A stretch of 62,634 bases of DNA, the filler included. It is 9 parts of 9 records of this genome, joined end to end, with 100 filler letters (N's around TTAATTAATTAA, not from the genome) between each part and the next. Parts side by side here need not be neighbours in the genome. Positions count along the whole stretch, not along the records: positions 30,471 to 41,640 come from SRR20825010_7232; positions 41,741 to 45,210 come from SRR20825010_7233; positions 45,311 to 49,014 come from SRR20825010_7241; positions 49,115 to 59,483 come from SRR20825010_7248; 5 more parts are not named here. One strand, given 5' to 3'. Positions 39,537-50,015 of the stretch are shown here, piece by piece (the first letter of the stretch is position 1; every line of letters starts with the position of its first letter). Under the pieces are notes generated by a model that worked only from the letters and a program-made list of their open reading frames with translations, was not told the DNA's origin and made no database searches. The position numbers and the translations under genes were made by a program.

Positions 39537-41640
39537 TCAGGTGTTCGCCAGCTTTTTCATCACCACCTTGAAGGTGTTTTCATCGGTGTCGGTGAAATAG
39601 AGGTCGGCGTCATACCCCTGATCGTCCATGAAGTTGAAGATCCGCTTCGGCTCTGCCAGACGGTAGGGCACCAGCAGGGTGGCAATCCGGTGGCGGGTGG
39701 CGGCCGGGTATTGCGCGTGCAGACAGGTGCTGACGGGCAGGCCCTCATAGTCCGCTGGATCGACGTTCGAGAACCCGGTTTCCTGGGTCAGGACCGGCTT
39801 GCCCGCCTCTGACCAGACCACCTGCCCGTAGAACCCGGCTCGTTCGCCGGTGTAGCGGAAGGTGGTTTTGCCAAGGTCATAGGGCGCGTTGGCGTGCAGC
39901 AGCCAGTCGAGGGTGACAGGGGTTTCGGCATCGACCTTGTCGACGATGACGAAATAGCTGCCGCGCACGAAATAGACCTCACGCTCGGCCAGTGTGACCT
40001 CTGGTGACAGGCTTTGATAGGCGGCGGTGGCGTCGCCCTTGATGTAGATGTGATCCTCACGCTCTTCGGCAGCAAGGATCTTGCCCGTGGCGGCCATGGC
40101 CTTGGCCTTGTCCTTGTCGGCGTACTGGCCCTTGCCGTTGATCAGGATGGCGTTCTTGGACACGGTCTGACGCCGCCAGAGCCGGTGCATGCTAGAATTG
40201 AAGGCAACGTAATAGCCGGATTGGATCGCCAGATCCTCGCCATAGGCGGCCATGCAGAATGCGTTCTGGTCGCCATGGCTGTGGCTGATCGACCCGAAGG
40301 GAGAGGATTTCATCACGAACTGGATATGCTGGTCCGGGTCGGCCATCTCATGCTGGACGCCCACCCAGCCGATGCCCTTGAAGTGGCGCATGCCTGACGG
40401 CGGGTCCGTTGCTTCGACCTGCGGGAAGTCCGTCAGGTAGGTCAGTTCGTCAAAGTTGGTGTCCCACCAGCCCCAGTTGTAGAATGCGTCTTCGGTGCCG
40501 GGATTCAGGCGGGCCAGTTCTTCATGATACCACTGATAGGCGCCGTTGCCGGTGACGCCCGCGTATTGGCGCAGGTTGATGCCGGTCTTGATGCAGGGCA
40601 GGTCGCCCTGCGTGCTGTCATCACCAAAGGTGGCGCGGCGGGTGTTGGGGGCTTTGCAATACAGCGGGAAATCCCCGGTGTTGCGAAAGAAGGGCCGTTT
40701 GTACAGGTCAATGCCGGTGTAGGATTTGAGCCGGTTTGCCGCCTCGATCAGATAGGCCATGCCCATCATCCAGTAGTTCGTGCCCTCGGCCCAGCCGCCG
40801 TCGCTGTCCCCCCAAGGGGAATAGACGGTCGACAGGAATTCGATGCAGTAGTTCAGCCAATCGCGGGCCTCATCGTCCTCATCATCGCCCAACAGCGCAA
40901 TGCAGGCCGGAACCAGCGTCAGAGAGACGGACCGCACCGCGTGGCTGTCATAGGGAAACAGGTGGATCTTGGCGTTGAGGATCGCGTGTTCAGCGATGTC
41001 GCGGGTGCGTTCCAGAAGCGCGGCGCGCACCTTGGCGCGCTCCTCATCGGTCATCTGGTCATACAGCCAGTCATACCCCCAGGCCAGCGCGTTGCAGACG
41101 CGATAGGCCCATTCATCGGTATAGGCGCGCGAGGTGATCCCCATGGGGTCCCAGCTTGCGGCCTCTAGCAGCCATGCCTTTGCACGGTTCAGCATCGCGG
41201 CGTCATTGGTGACCTGTCCACCGATGGCAAGGTGGCGGATCGCGTACATCAGTTCCTGAAGGTCTATGTAGGTCTGCCGCCAGACCGGGGCGACGCGCTT
41301 GTGATCGGGATAGCCGGCGGGTTCGGCCATGACCTCACGATCCATCCACGGCAGCACAGACTCGCGGTAGAACGTCTCCCATGTGCAATGGGTCGGGTCC
41401 GCCTCGACCGCAGTGCGGAAATCCGTCAGTCGGTCAGGGGTCAGCCAGAGGCGCGGGTGGCCTTGCTCTGATTTGCAAAAGCGGGATTTGCGCGAGGGCA
41501 GCGGCGACGCGGGCAGGCCCTCGGTGATGGTGAAACTGCGGGTCACGCTCCAGTTGGTGGCGGGCTTGCCCGTCTCTGCATCGCAGACCGCGTAGGACCA
41601 GTGATAGGTGCCCGGGTCCAGCACCATATCGGGCGTGAAG
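39537..41640 (-). CDS. Exo-oligoalginate lyase (PL15-like; DUF4962 + heparinase II/III-like); 5' truncated
   Basis: HPRLWL, YDSHAVRS, DGGWAEGTNYW, SSPFGSISHSHGDQNAF; KdgF/SDR/KdgK context. Confidence 0.85.
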
Positions 41641-41740
41641 NNNNNNNNNNNNNNNNNNNNNNNNNNNNNNNNNNNNNNNNNNNNTTAATTAATTAANNNN
41701 NNNNNNNNNNNNNNNNNNNNNNNNNNNNNNNNNNNNNNNN
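41641..41740. other. Artificial contig spacer
   Basis: N-run + TTAATTAATTAA + N-run. Confidence 0.99.
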
Positions 41741-41821
41741 CCGCAGGCCTGAACCAACAGCGGTTTACCTAAAATCCGACGCATTTGGCGCGCGCCGACC
41801 CCGCTGGTGCCCGTGGTTGCG

Positions 41822-41836
41822 TTAAGCGGGTCGTAA
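41822..41836 (+). promoter_or_regulatory. Candidate CtrA-binding site upstream of the MCP
   Basis: TTAA-GCGGGTC-GTAA, one mismatch to TTAA-N7-TTAA. Confidence 0.5.
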
Positions 41837-41902
41837 GACATGGGTCCCTATGGTTCAGCGCAATCGCCCGGCGTCGGGCCGAATCTGTTCTTCGAAGGGA
41901 AA

Positions 41903-44497
41903 ATGCCAATGTCAGAACCGGCTACGAGACTTGACCGCGTTCATCCGATGCGCAGCCTGTTTTTCAAGACCGCTCTTGTTGTGGCGTTTTGCACGGTTGG
42001 TGTCGTTGCCGCGATCGAGGTGATCAATGCCCGATCCGCGCAGCAGCGCCTGCACCAGGCGATCATGACCCGCGCGACGGAAATGACCGACCTGCTTGCC
42101 CTGCAACTGGGCGGGGCGATCAAGTTCAAGAACCATGACGCCCTGTCCGAAATCGTGGCGGGCACCCTGGAAAACTCCAGACCGGATGCTGTGGCGGCTG
42201 TGGCCGTCGATGCGGCGGGGACAGCGCTTCAGGCAGAGCAAGGGCCGCCGCCCGAGGCCGAATTGCTCGCCTTCGCCAGGGAAGCGGCGGAAAACGGGGG
42301 GCCTGTCGTGGACCAGAACAGGCTGATCATGGCGACGCCTGTCACCTTCGGTGGCGAAAACCTGGTGGTCGGTGCCATCGCAACGCGCTGGACGGATGAA
42401 TTCATTCTGGCAGATTACAAGACATCGGCCCTTCTAAGCCTTCTGGCAGGGCTGGTGGCCCTGCTGTGCGCGCTGGCTGGCGCGGCGTATCTGCTGTACA
42501 AATTGATCTCCGTTCCCCTCGCCGGACTGGGCCGCTGCATGGGGGGCGTGGCGCAGGGCGACTATGAAACCGGCGTCCCACATACGGACCGCCGGGATGA
42601 GATCGGCATGATGGCCGCCCAACTTGAGGCGCTGCGCGCGGTTCTGCGCGATGCAGACGAAGCCGCCCATGAGACCGCATTCAAAAGCGCGGCCTTTGCC
42701 GGGTCTTCGGCATCTTTGATGATGGTGGATCGTGATTTTCGGGTGATCTTTGCCAATCCCGCATGTGAGGAACTGGTGAAGGCCAATCTGCAAGAACTGA
42801 CAAAAGTATGGCCAGGGGTCAGCGGTCAAACATTGATTGGTGCCGACCTGCGCAGCTTCGAACCGCTCCGGGGTGTTGTCGCACAGGTTGAGGGTGGCGC
42901 CCTGCGGGGCGGAACCGAGGCTGTCCAACAGATGGTCCAGTTGGGGGAGCGTCTGTTGCGGATCACCCTGAATGCTGCGCTGGGGCAGGAGGGGGAACTG
43001 ATCGGATCCGTTATCGAATGGACAGACCGGACCGATGCGCAGCGCAACGCTGCTTTGCATCACGCACTGGATTCGAACCAACTGACGGTGGAATACAATC
43101 TGAAGGGCAAGATACAGGATGCAAACCAGAACTTCCTTGACCTGATTGACGGGACCAAGGAGGACACCCGCGCCTGCAACCTGGCCACGATGTTTGCCAA
43201 GAACATCGACGGCGACGAAGATGGCAGCAAGTTTGTAAGCAAGGTCATTTCCGGAGAGCCCATGCGGGGGCGCTTCAACGTCTTTAGCTTTCATGCGCAA
43301 AAAACCTTCGTGATTGACGGCAGTTTCTCCGTTCTGACCGACCATCAAGACAAGCCACACAGGTTGATTTTCCTGGGCAACGACGTGACGGAGCAGGATC
43401 ACGCCATGCGTGCCGCTGAAGCAGCCCGCGAGGAAAGCGCCGCGGAGCAGGCGAATGTGGTCGCGCTGCTTGGCGACGCGCTGAACAAGCTGGCCAATGG
43501 TGATCTGCGGGCCGACCTGACCAGCGATGTACCGGCCTCTTATGAAAAGCTGCGCCGCGATTTCAACGGCACAGTCGACTCGCTGCGCGAAGCAATGTCG
43601 GCGGTCATGCATAATTCGGATTCAATCCGCAACGAAACTGCCGAAATCACCTCTGCCGCCGATGACCTGTCGCGCCGGACGGAAAAACAGGCGGCAACCC
43701 TTGAGGAAACCGCCGCAGCACTTGATGAGCTGACGGTGTCCGTGCGCTCTGCCGCCGAAGGGGCTGACGATGCCAGCAGAATGTCCGCCGAAGCGCAGAA
43801 GAATGCCCAGCAGGGCGGAGATATCGCACGGCAGGCGGTGGCGGCCATGGACGGGATCAGAACCTCGTCCCAGGAAATCTCGAAAATCACCTCTGTCATC
43901 GACGATATCGCTTTCCAGACCAATCTGCTTGCGCTCAACGCGGGGGTCGAAGCTGCCCGCGCCGGTGAGGCAGGACGCGGTTTCGCCGTTGTCGCAACCG
44001 AGGTGCGCGCCCTTGCGCAACGGTCTTCGGATGCCGCGCGCGAGATCAACGCGCTGATCTCCTCCAGCGGCGAACAGGTCAGCCAGGGTGTTGATCTGGT
44101 GGACCGGACCGGTTCCGCGCTGGCCGCCATCGTGACCTCCGTCTCCGAAATCTCGAACCGGGTGTCGAACATCGCCTCATCGGCACGGGAACAGTCCAGC
44201 GGCCTGGCCGAGATCAACACCGCCGTCAACGAGCTGGACCACGTCACCCAGCAAAACGCCGCCATGTTCGAGGAAACCACCGCCGCCAGCCATGCCCTGA
44301 CAGCCGAGGCCGATGCGCTGGCGGCTGCGGTGGCGCGGTTCCGGCTGAATGGGGAAACAGCGGTTGCGGCGGTATCCAGACCTGCTGCAGCGCCGGTGCC
44401 CGTGGCCCAGCCACGGGTCGCGGCCCCGGCCACCCAGGGCAACGCCGCGCTGGACATGTCGCAGGACGTGGATGCTGACGGATGGGAAGAATTCTAA
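41903..44497 (+). CDS. Methyl-accepting chemotaxis protein (2 TM, HAMP, two PAS-like regions, MCP signal domain)
   Basis: [45 protein letters not shown]-terminal GWEEF pentapeptide. Confidence 0.95.
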   Translation: MPMSEPATRLDRVHPMRSLFFKTALVVAFCTVGVVAAIEVINARSAQQRLHQAIMTRATEMTDLLALQLGGAIKFKNHDALSEIVAGTLENSRPDAVAAVAVDAAGTALQAEQGPPPEAELLAFAREAAENGGPVVDQNRLIMATPVTFGGENLVVGAIATRWTDEFILADYKTSALLSLLAGLVALLCALAGAAYLLYKLISVPLAGLGRCMGGVAQGDYETGVPHTDRRDEIGMMAAQLEALRAVLRDADEAAHETAFKSAAFAGSSASLMMVDRDFRVIFANPACEELVKANLQELTKVWPGVSGQTLIGADLRSFEPLRGVVAQVEGGALRGGTEAVQQMVQLGERLLRITLNAALGQEGELIGSVIEWTDRTDAQRNAALHHALDSNQLTVEYNLKGKIQDANQNFLDLIDGTKEDTRACNLATMFAKNIDGDEDGSKFVSKVISGEPMRGRFNVFSFHAQKTFVIDGSFSVLTDHQDKPHRLIFLGNDVTEQDHAMRAAEAAREESAAEQANVVALLGDALNKLANGDLRADLTSDVPASYEKLRRDFNGTVDSLREAMSAVMHNSDSIRNETAEITSAADDLSRRTEKQAATLEETAAALDELTVSVRSAAEGADDASRMSAEAQKNAQQGGDIARQAVAAMDGIRTSSQEISKITSVIDDIAFQTNLLALNAGVEAARAGEAGRGFAVVATEVRALAQRSSDAAREINALISSSGEQVSQGVDLVDRTGSALAAIVTSVSEISNRVSNIASSAREQSSGLAEINTAVNELDHVTQQNAAMFEETTAASHALTAEADALAAAVARFRLNGETAVAAVSRPAAAPVPVAQPRVAAPATQGNAALDMSQDVDADGWEEF

Positions 44498-44542
44498 AGC
44501 GCGCAGGCGCAGTTCAACCGCGCGGCGAGTCTGGCGGCGGCC

Positions 44543-44626
44543 GCTGACCCGGTCAGGTTCAGAACAGCACAGCAGCCGTCTCCGTCTGGTTCAGGACGCC
44601 GCAGCTGCTGACCCGGTCAGGTTCAG
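44543..44626. repeat. Two exact 20-bp direct repeats with palindromic core between convergent genes
   Basis: GCTGACCCGGTCAGGTTCAG at 44543-44562 and 44607-44626. Confidence 0.85.
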
Positions 44627-44651
44627 GAAACAGCAATTGCGGGCAGGCGGG

Positions 44652-45210
44652 TCAGTCCCGTTTGCCCGCAAAGCGTTCCGCCCAGCTTTCGCGATCCTCA
44701 TCGGTGATCTTTGCAAAAAGCACCTCGGGCACGTCAAAGGCATGTCCCGGCGGCAGCGCGGCGAGGGCGGCGGGGACGTCATCGGGCCAGGCCGGGGCCT
44801 CAAGGCGCATCGCGGCCAGCATCCGCGCCGCGGCATCGGGGATGAAAGGGGCCGACAGCGTGGCATAAAGCGGGATCAGGTTCAGCGCCAGCCGTACCTG
44901 TGCCGCCGCCTTGTCGGGGTCCGTCTTGAACACGGACCAGGGCGCCTGGGCCTGCAGGTATTCGTTGCCAGCCGCCCAGATCGCGCGCAATTCGGCGGCT
45001 GACTTGCGCACCTCCACCGCGTCCATCTGCGCCTGGTAGCGGTCCACGCGCGCGGTGATGTCCGCGATCAGCGCCTCTTCCTCGGGGCCATATTCACCGG
45101 CTTCCGGCACCGTCTCGCCGAATTTGGCGCGGCAGAATTTGGTGATCCGGCTGACGAAATTGCCCAGCACATCGGCAAGGTCCTTGTTCACCGAGGCCTG
45201 GAAATTCTCC
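44652..45210 (-). CDS. metG: Methionine--tRNA ligase, anticodon-binding C-terminal part; 5' truncated
   Basis: [35 protein letters not shown]. Confidence 0.9.
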
Positions 45211-45310
45211 NNNNNNNNNNNNNNNNNNNNNNNNNNNNNNNNNNNNNNNNNNNNTTAATTAATTAANNNNNNNNNNNNNNNNNNNNNNNNNNNNNNNNNN
45301 NNNNNNNNNN
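45211..45310. other. Artificial contig spacer
   Basis: N-run + TTAATTAATTAA + N-run. Confidence 0.99.
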
Positions 45311-46491
45311 AAGCAGACGAAATCTGCTTCGTGGCAGATGCAATTCGCAACGCGGGTCTTGACGTCATACTAGTCGACTTGAGTACCCACGGGCATTCGG
45401 ACCGGGCCGACATTTCCGCGCAGACGATTGCGGCGGCACATCCCGCTGGTCCTGATCAGGTGCTGGGCCAAACCGATCGAGGACAGGCAGTAACTAAGAT
45501 GGCAGCAGCGCTGCGTGTCTGGCTGCCCGAGCAAGTCAATACAAAAATGGTAGCAGGCGTGATCGCGATCGGGGGAAGCGGCGGAACCGCGATCGTCGCG
45601 CCCGCGTTGCAGGCACTGCCCATCGGTTTTCCCAAGTTGATTGTCTCAACCGTCGCCAGCGGCAATACACAACCGTATGTGGGACACAGTGACATCACGA
45701 TGATGTATTCCGTCGTCGATGTGGCAGGGCTCAACTCGGTCTCGCGGCGGGTACTGAGCAACGCCGCCCACGCGATCGCCGGCATGGTAGCAAACCAAAC
45801 CGAATTCACCGAAGACCGCCCTGCTCTTGGCATGACGATGTTCGGCGTCACAACACCTTGCGTCGACATGGTGCGCGAGTCGCTGGCAACAAAAGGCTTC
45901 GATCCTCTGGTTTTCCACGCAACCGGCACCGGCGGACAAGCGATGGAGAAACTGGTCGCTGATGGCCTGATTCGCGGCGTCCTTGACATTACAACCACGG
46001 AAGTCGCCGACGAAGTCGTGGGAGGCATCATGCCCGGCGGTCCTTGTCGATTCGATAAGATCATCGAACGCGGCATCCCGTATGTAATGAGCCTGGGAGC
46101 TCTCGACATGGTCAACTTCGGTGCCCGCGAGACCATCCCGGAACGTTTTGCCGAGCGGCAATTCCTGGTTCACAATCCACAAGTCACTCTGATGCGAACG
46201 ACCGCGGAAGAGAATCGGCAGTTTGCGAAATGGATCGCCGCCAAGATCAACCGATCAATTGCTCCCGTCGAAATTTTGATTCCCGAACTGGGAGTTTCCA
46301 TGCTGGATAAACAGGGAGAACCCTTCTATGATCCGGAGGCTGACCGGCGTCTGTTCGAAACTCTGGAGCAGGAAATCCAACAGACTGACAATCGACGCGT
46401 GACGCGACATGACAGTCATATCAACGATGCCACGTTTGCCGCAGCGCTGGTCGAAGCCTTCGAACGCGTGAGCGGAAATCGCTTTCAATAG
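45311..46491 (+). CDS. Tm-1-like ATP-binding domain protein (UPF0261); first residues truncated
   Basis: [72 protein letters not shown]. Confidence 0.92.
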
Positions 46492-46516
46492 AGATACGAA
46501 ACACGAGGAAACAGCC

Positions 46517-47353
46517 ATGCCCGAATTAAGAGCAGCGATCCTGAAGCGACTGCGAGAAAAAGTGTCTCAAGGCAAGCCCATCATCGGCGGCGGCGCAGGA
46601 ACCGGCCTCAGTGCCAAATGCGAAGAAGCAGGCGGAATCGATTTGATTGTGATTTACAATTCAGGCCGCTACCGCATGGCCGGTCGCGGATCACTGTCGG
46701 GACTGATGCCCTACGGCAACGCGAATGAAATCGTTAAAGATCTGGGACGCGAAGTGTTGCCGATTGTCAAACAGACACCCGTCCTGGCAGGTGTCTGCGG
46801 CACCGACCCGTTCATGCTGCGTGACCTGTTCCTGCAGGAGCTGCAGGCAATGGGCTTTGCCGGCATTCAGAATTTTCCCACAGTGGGATTGATCGACGGT
46901 CAGTTCCGGGCCAACCTGGAAGAGACCGGCATGGGCTTCGATCTGGAAATCGACTGCATCCGGGCGGCCCACGATCTCGATCTGCTCACCACACCTTATG
47001 CGTTCGACGCAGAACAGGCACGACTGCTGACAGCCGCCGGCGCGGATATCGTTGTCGCCCATATGGGACTGACGACCGGTGGTTCAATCGGTGCAGAGAC
47101 AGGCAGGACATTAGACGATTCGGCGGAAGTGATTCGCACAATGGTTGACGCCGCCAAAAGCGAGCGCGATGATGTGCTGCTGCTCTGTCATGGTGGTCCC
47201 ATCGCGATGCCCGACGACGCCCAGTATATCTTCGACCGAGTGAAGGACATCGACGGTTTCTACGGTGCGAGTTCAATGGAACGTCTGCCGACGGAAATCG
47301 CGATGACAGCACAGGTCCGCCAGTTTGGGGATCTACGCTTATCACAGGCTTAA
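46517..47353 (+). CDS. TIM-barrel signal transduction / PEP hydrolase-family protein
   Basis: [68 protein letters not shown]. Confidence 0.92.
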   Translation: MPELRAAILKRLREKVSQGKPIIGGGAGTGLSAKCEEAGGIDLIVIYNSGRYRMAGRGSLSGLMPYGNANEIVKDLGREVLPIVKQTPVLAGVCGTDPFMLRDLFLQELQAMGFAGIQNFPTVGLIDGQFRANLEETGMGFDLEIDCIRAAHDLDLLTTPYAFDAEQARLLTAAGADIVVAHMGLTTGGSIGAETGRTLDDSAEVIRTMVDAAKSERDDVLLLCHGGPIAMPDDAQYIFDRVKDIDGFYGASSMERLPTEIAMTAQVRQFGDLRLSQA

Positions 47354-47408
47354 ACGCATCCTTTCCATTCTCTTCTTTTCTCTCATCTACGTAGCACAGG
47401 AATCAAAC

Positions 47409-47741
47409 ATGTATCGCTTAACCGTGATGTACGGACACCCCGCAGACCCCGCTGAATTTGATCGCTATTATCACGAAGTTCATATTCCCCTGGCGAAGAA
47501 AATGAAAGGACTCACCGGCTGGACCATCGGCAAATGCATCTCAGCGGAAGCAGGCAGCCCTCCCCCCTATTATCTGATTGTCAGTCTGTATGCAGAATCG
47601 GCAGCCGGAATGCAGGCGGTTCTCGAAAGCCCCGAAGGTCAGGCTACCATCGCGGATGTCTCGAATTTTGCCACCGGCGGCGTGATGTTTATGTATGATG
47701 AGGAACAGGTTTTGATTCCCGTTAACCTGAAATCTTCCTGA
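47409..47741 (+). CDS. EthD-family dimeric alpha/beta-barrel protein
   Basis: YGHPADPAEFDRYYHEVHIPLAKKMKGL...SPEGQATIADVSNF; AGGA RBS. Confidence 0.85.
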   Translation: MYRLTVMYGHPADPAEFDRYYHEVHIPLAKKMKGLTGWTIGKCISAEAGSPPPYYLIVSLYAESAAGMQAVLESPEGQATIADVSNFATGGVMFMYDEEQVLIPVNLKSS

Positions 47742-48050
47742 GAATGGTTGCCTCAGTTGCTTTCCCTCTGGCCCGCTCCGTATAGTAATGAGATTGACCA
47801 ACGTATCTTGCAACCACCGAAGGTCTCTCCCGATGAACGTCCTGCTTCAATTGATCTATCCTCAATTACTGTTTCTGCTTCTACTCATCGTCCTTTCTCT
47901 GTCAACTGCAGCGTTCAACGGGAAGCTTTCAGAAAGATTGAACAGATCGTTGCTGCACAACGTCTGACCAGACAGCCACGACCAGATATGTATTGAGATT
48001 CACCACAATCAAGAACCGACTAGTTCACTCGTAGTTTGGAGAATTGAGTA

Positions 48051-49014
48051 ATGACTGAACCAACTAAATCAAACGTATCACGACGCGAGTTCATCAAGAC
48101 CAGCGCTACGACCAGTGCGGCAGTAAGTTTGCTGGCGGGGACCGTGCGGGCACGAGCGGCCGGAGCGAACGGGAGGTTGCGGATCGGCGTGATTGGTGCA
48201 GGCAATCGAGGATTCAATACACTCACCAAGAAGCTCGTCAAGCTGCGCGAGCAGGGTCGCGACATCGACCTCGTTTCCGTCGCCGATGTGTACTCGGTGC
48301 ACCGCCAGCGATTTGTGGACTACATCAAGGAGCAAACCGGCGTCACAGTGACCACACACGTCGATCACCGCGAGTTGCTGGCAGAGAAGGACCTGGACGC
48401 GGTCGTCATCGGCACGCCTGATCATTGGCACGCCAAAATCACGCTTGATGCGCTCGCTGCGGGCAAGCACGTTTATTGCGAAAAGCCAATGACTCACACG
48501 ATCGAAGAAGGCGCGCAGGTGGTCGCCGCATGGAAAGCAAGCGACCGCGTGATGCAGGTCGGCGTGCAATCGACCAGTTCGCCTGTGTGGGACATGGCCC
48601 GCGAGAAAATTGACGCTGGCCTGCTGGGCAAAGTTGTCCAGTTTCAGACCGAGTGTGCTCGCAACGGTAAGTTCGGCATGTCTCGGCACAACCTGATTAC
48701 CAAAGAAATGACTCCGCAGACAGTCGACTTCCGCCGCTTCCTCGGTGTGGACGAGGGCTTTCATCCAGATGTACCGTTCGACCGTGAGATCTTCGGGCAA
48801 TGGCGTTGCTACTGGGCCTTTGGATACGGCATGTTTTCCGACCTGTTTGTTCACCGTGTAACCGGCATGTTGAAAGCGACGGGACTCCGCAAACCCGGCC
48901 GCGTGGTGGGGGGCGGCGGTATCTTTTTTGAATATGACGATCGTGAAGTCACCGACGGGGCGTCGATTATCGCCGACTTTCACGAAGGAGTGCAGGGGCT
49001 GGTCAGCAGTACCA
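48051..49014 (+). CDS. Tat-exported Gfo/Idh/MocA-family oxidoreductase; 3' truncated
   Basis: SRREFIK Tat motif, IGVIGAGNRG, IGTPDHWH, GKHVYCEKP. Confidence 0.92.
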
Positions 49015-49114
49015 NNNNNNNNNNNNNNNNNNNNNNNNNNNNNNNNNNNNNNNNNNNNTTAATTAATTAANNNNNNNNNNNNNNNNNNNNNNNNNNNNNN
49101 NNNNNNNNNNNNNN
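49015..49114. other. Artificial contig spacer
   Basis: N-run + TTAATTAATTAA + N-run. Confidence 0.99.
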
Positions 49115-50006
49115 GTCAAATAGGTATCAGCCACTTTACGGTATTACTGGAAAGAAGGCTTTGGATGAGCGAGAGATCGACCTGAAAGGTTATATGGGTG
49201 AGCAACCCGTCCGGGTTGGTAATCAGGCATACACCCACATTCAAAATGATGTTTATGGTCAGGTTTTGATTTCGCTTTTGCCTTTATATGAGGATAAGCG
49301 TATCATTTTCACGGAGCGATTCGATTCTTCAGAATTGATTCACAAAACCCTCAATATGATTGAGAAGACCTTTGATGAAACGGACGCTGGTTTGTGGGAA
49401 TTCAGAAATTTACGACAACACCATTGTTACACGTATTTATTTCACTGGGCGGGTAGCAGTGCAGCCATAAAAATGGCCAAAGTTATCGGGGACACCAAAA
49501 TGGGTGAAAAGGCTACCAGATTGAAAGACCGCTCTGCCCAGATGATAGAGAGTTGCTACGTGCCTTCCAAGAAGGCTTATGCCCAAGCGGCTGGAGTGGA
49601 TCGTATGGATGCGAGTACCCTACAGTTAATTATGATGAATTATCTGGATGGGAATTCGCAAGCGGCTAAGGATCATTTAATTGGTCTTGAGAAAGAACTG
49701 CATGCGAAGGACGGCTTGTTTTATCGTTATAAGCACATGGATGATTTTGGCGAACCAGAAACAACCTTCCTGATCTGTGCTTTCTGGTACGTGGAAGCAC
49801 TGGCCTGTGTGGGTCGGATTGATGAAGCGGTTAAATATTTTGATAATCTGGTATCCTACTCAAACCATGTCGGTTTATTGAGCGAAGATGTAAAAGCATC
49901 TGATGGCAGCATGTGGGGGAACTTCCCACAAGCTTATAGCCATGTGGGGTTGCTCAATGCCGCAAACCGGATTGCCAGAAAACTCGACAAGCCGGATTTT
50001 CTATGA
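49115..50006 (+). CDS. Glycoside hydrolase family 15 (trehalase/glucoamylase-like); 5' truncated
   Basis: PVRVGNQA, QNDVYGQ, DAGLWEFR, FLICAFW, GLLSED, GNFPQAYSHVGL. Confidence 0.92.
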
Positions 50007-50015
50007 AATTACCTA

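Noticed and set aside
44543..44626. Mini CRISPR array
   Set aside because: Only two short copies with unequal flanks, no leader and no cas genes.
47748..47996. 82-aa ORF between the EthD and oxidoreductase genes
   Set aside because: TTG start, no recognisable motif or RBS; probably intergenic.
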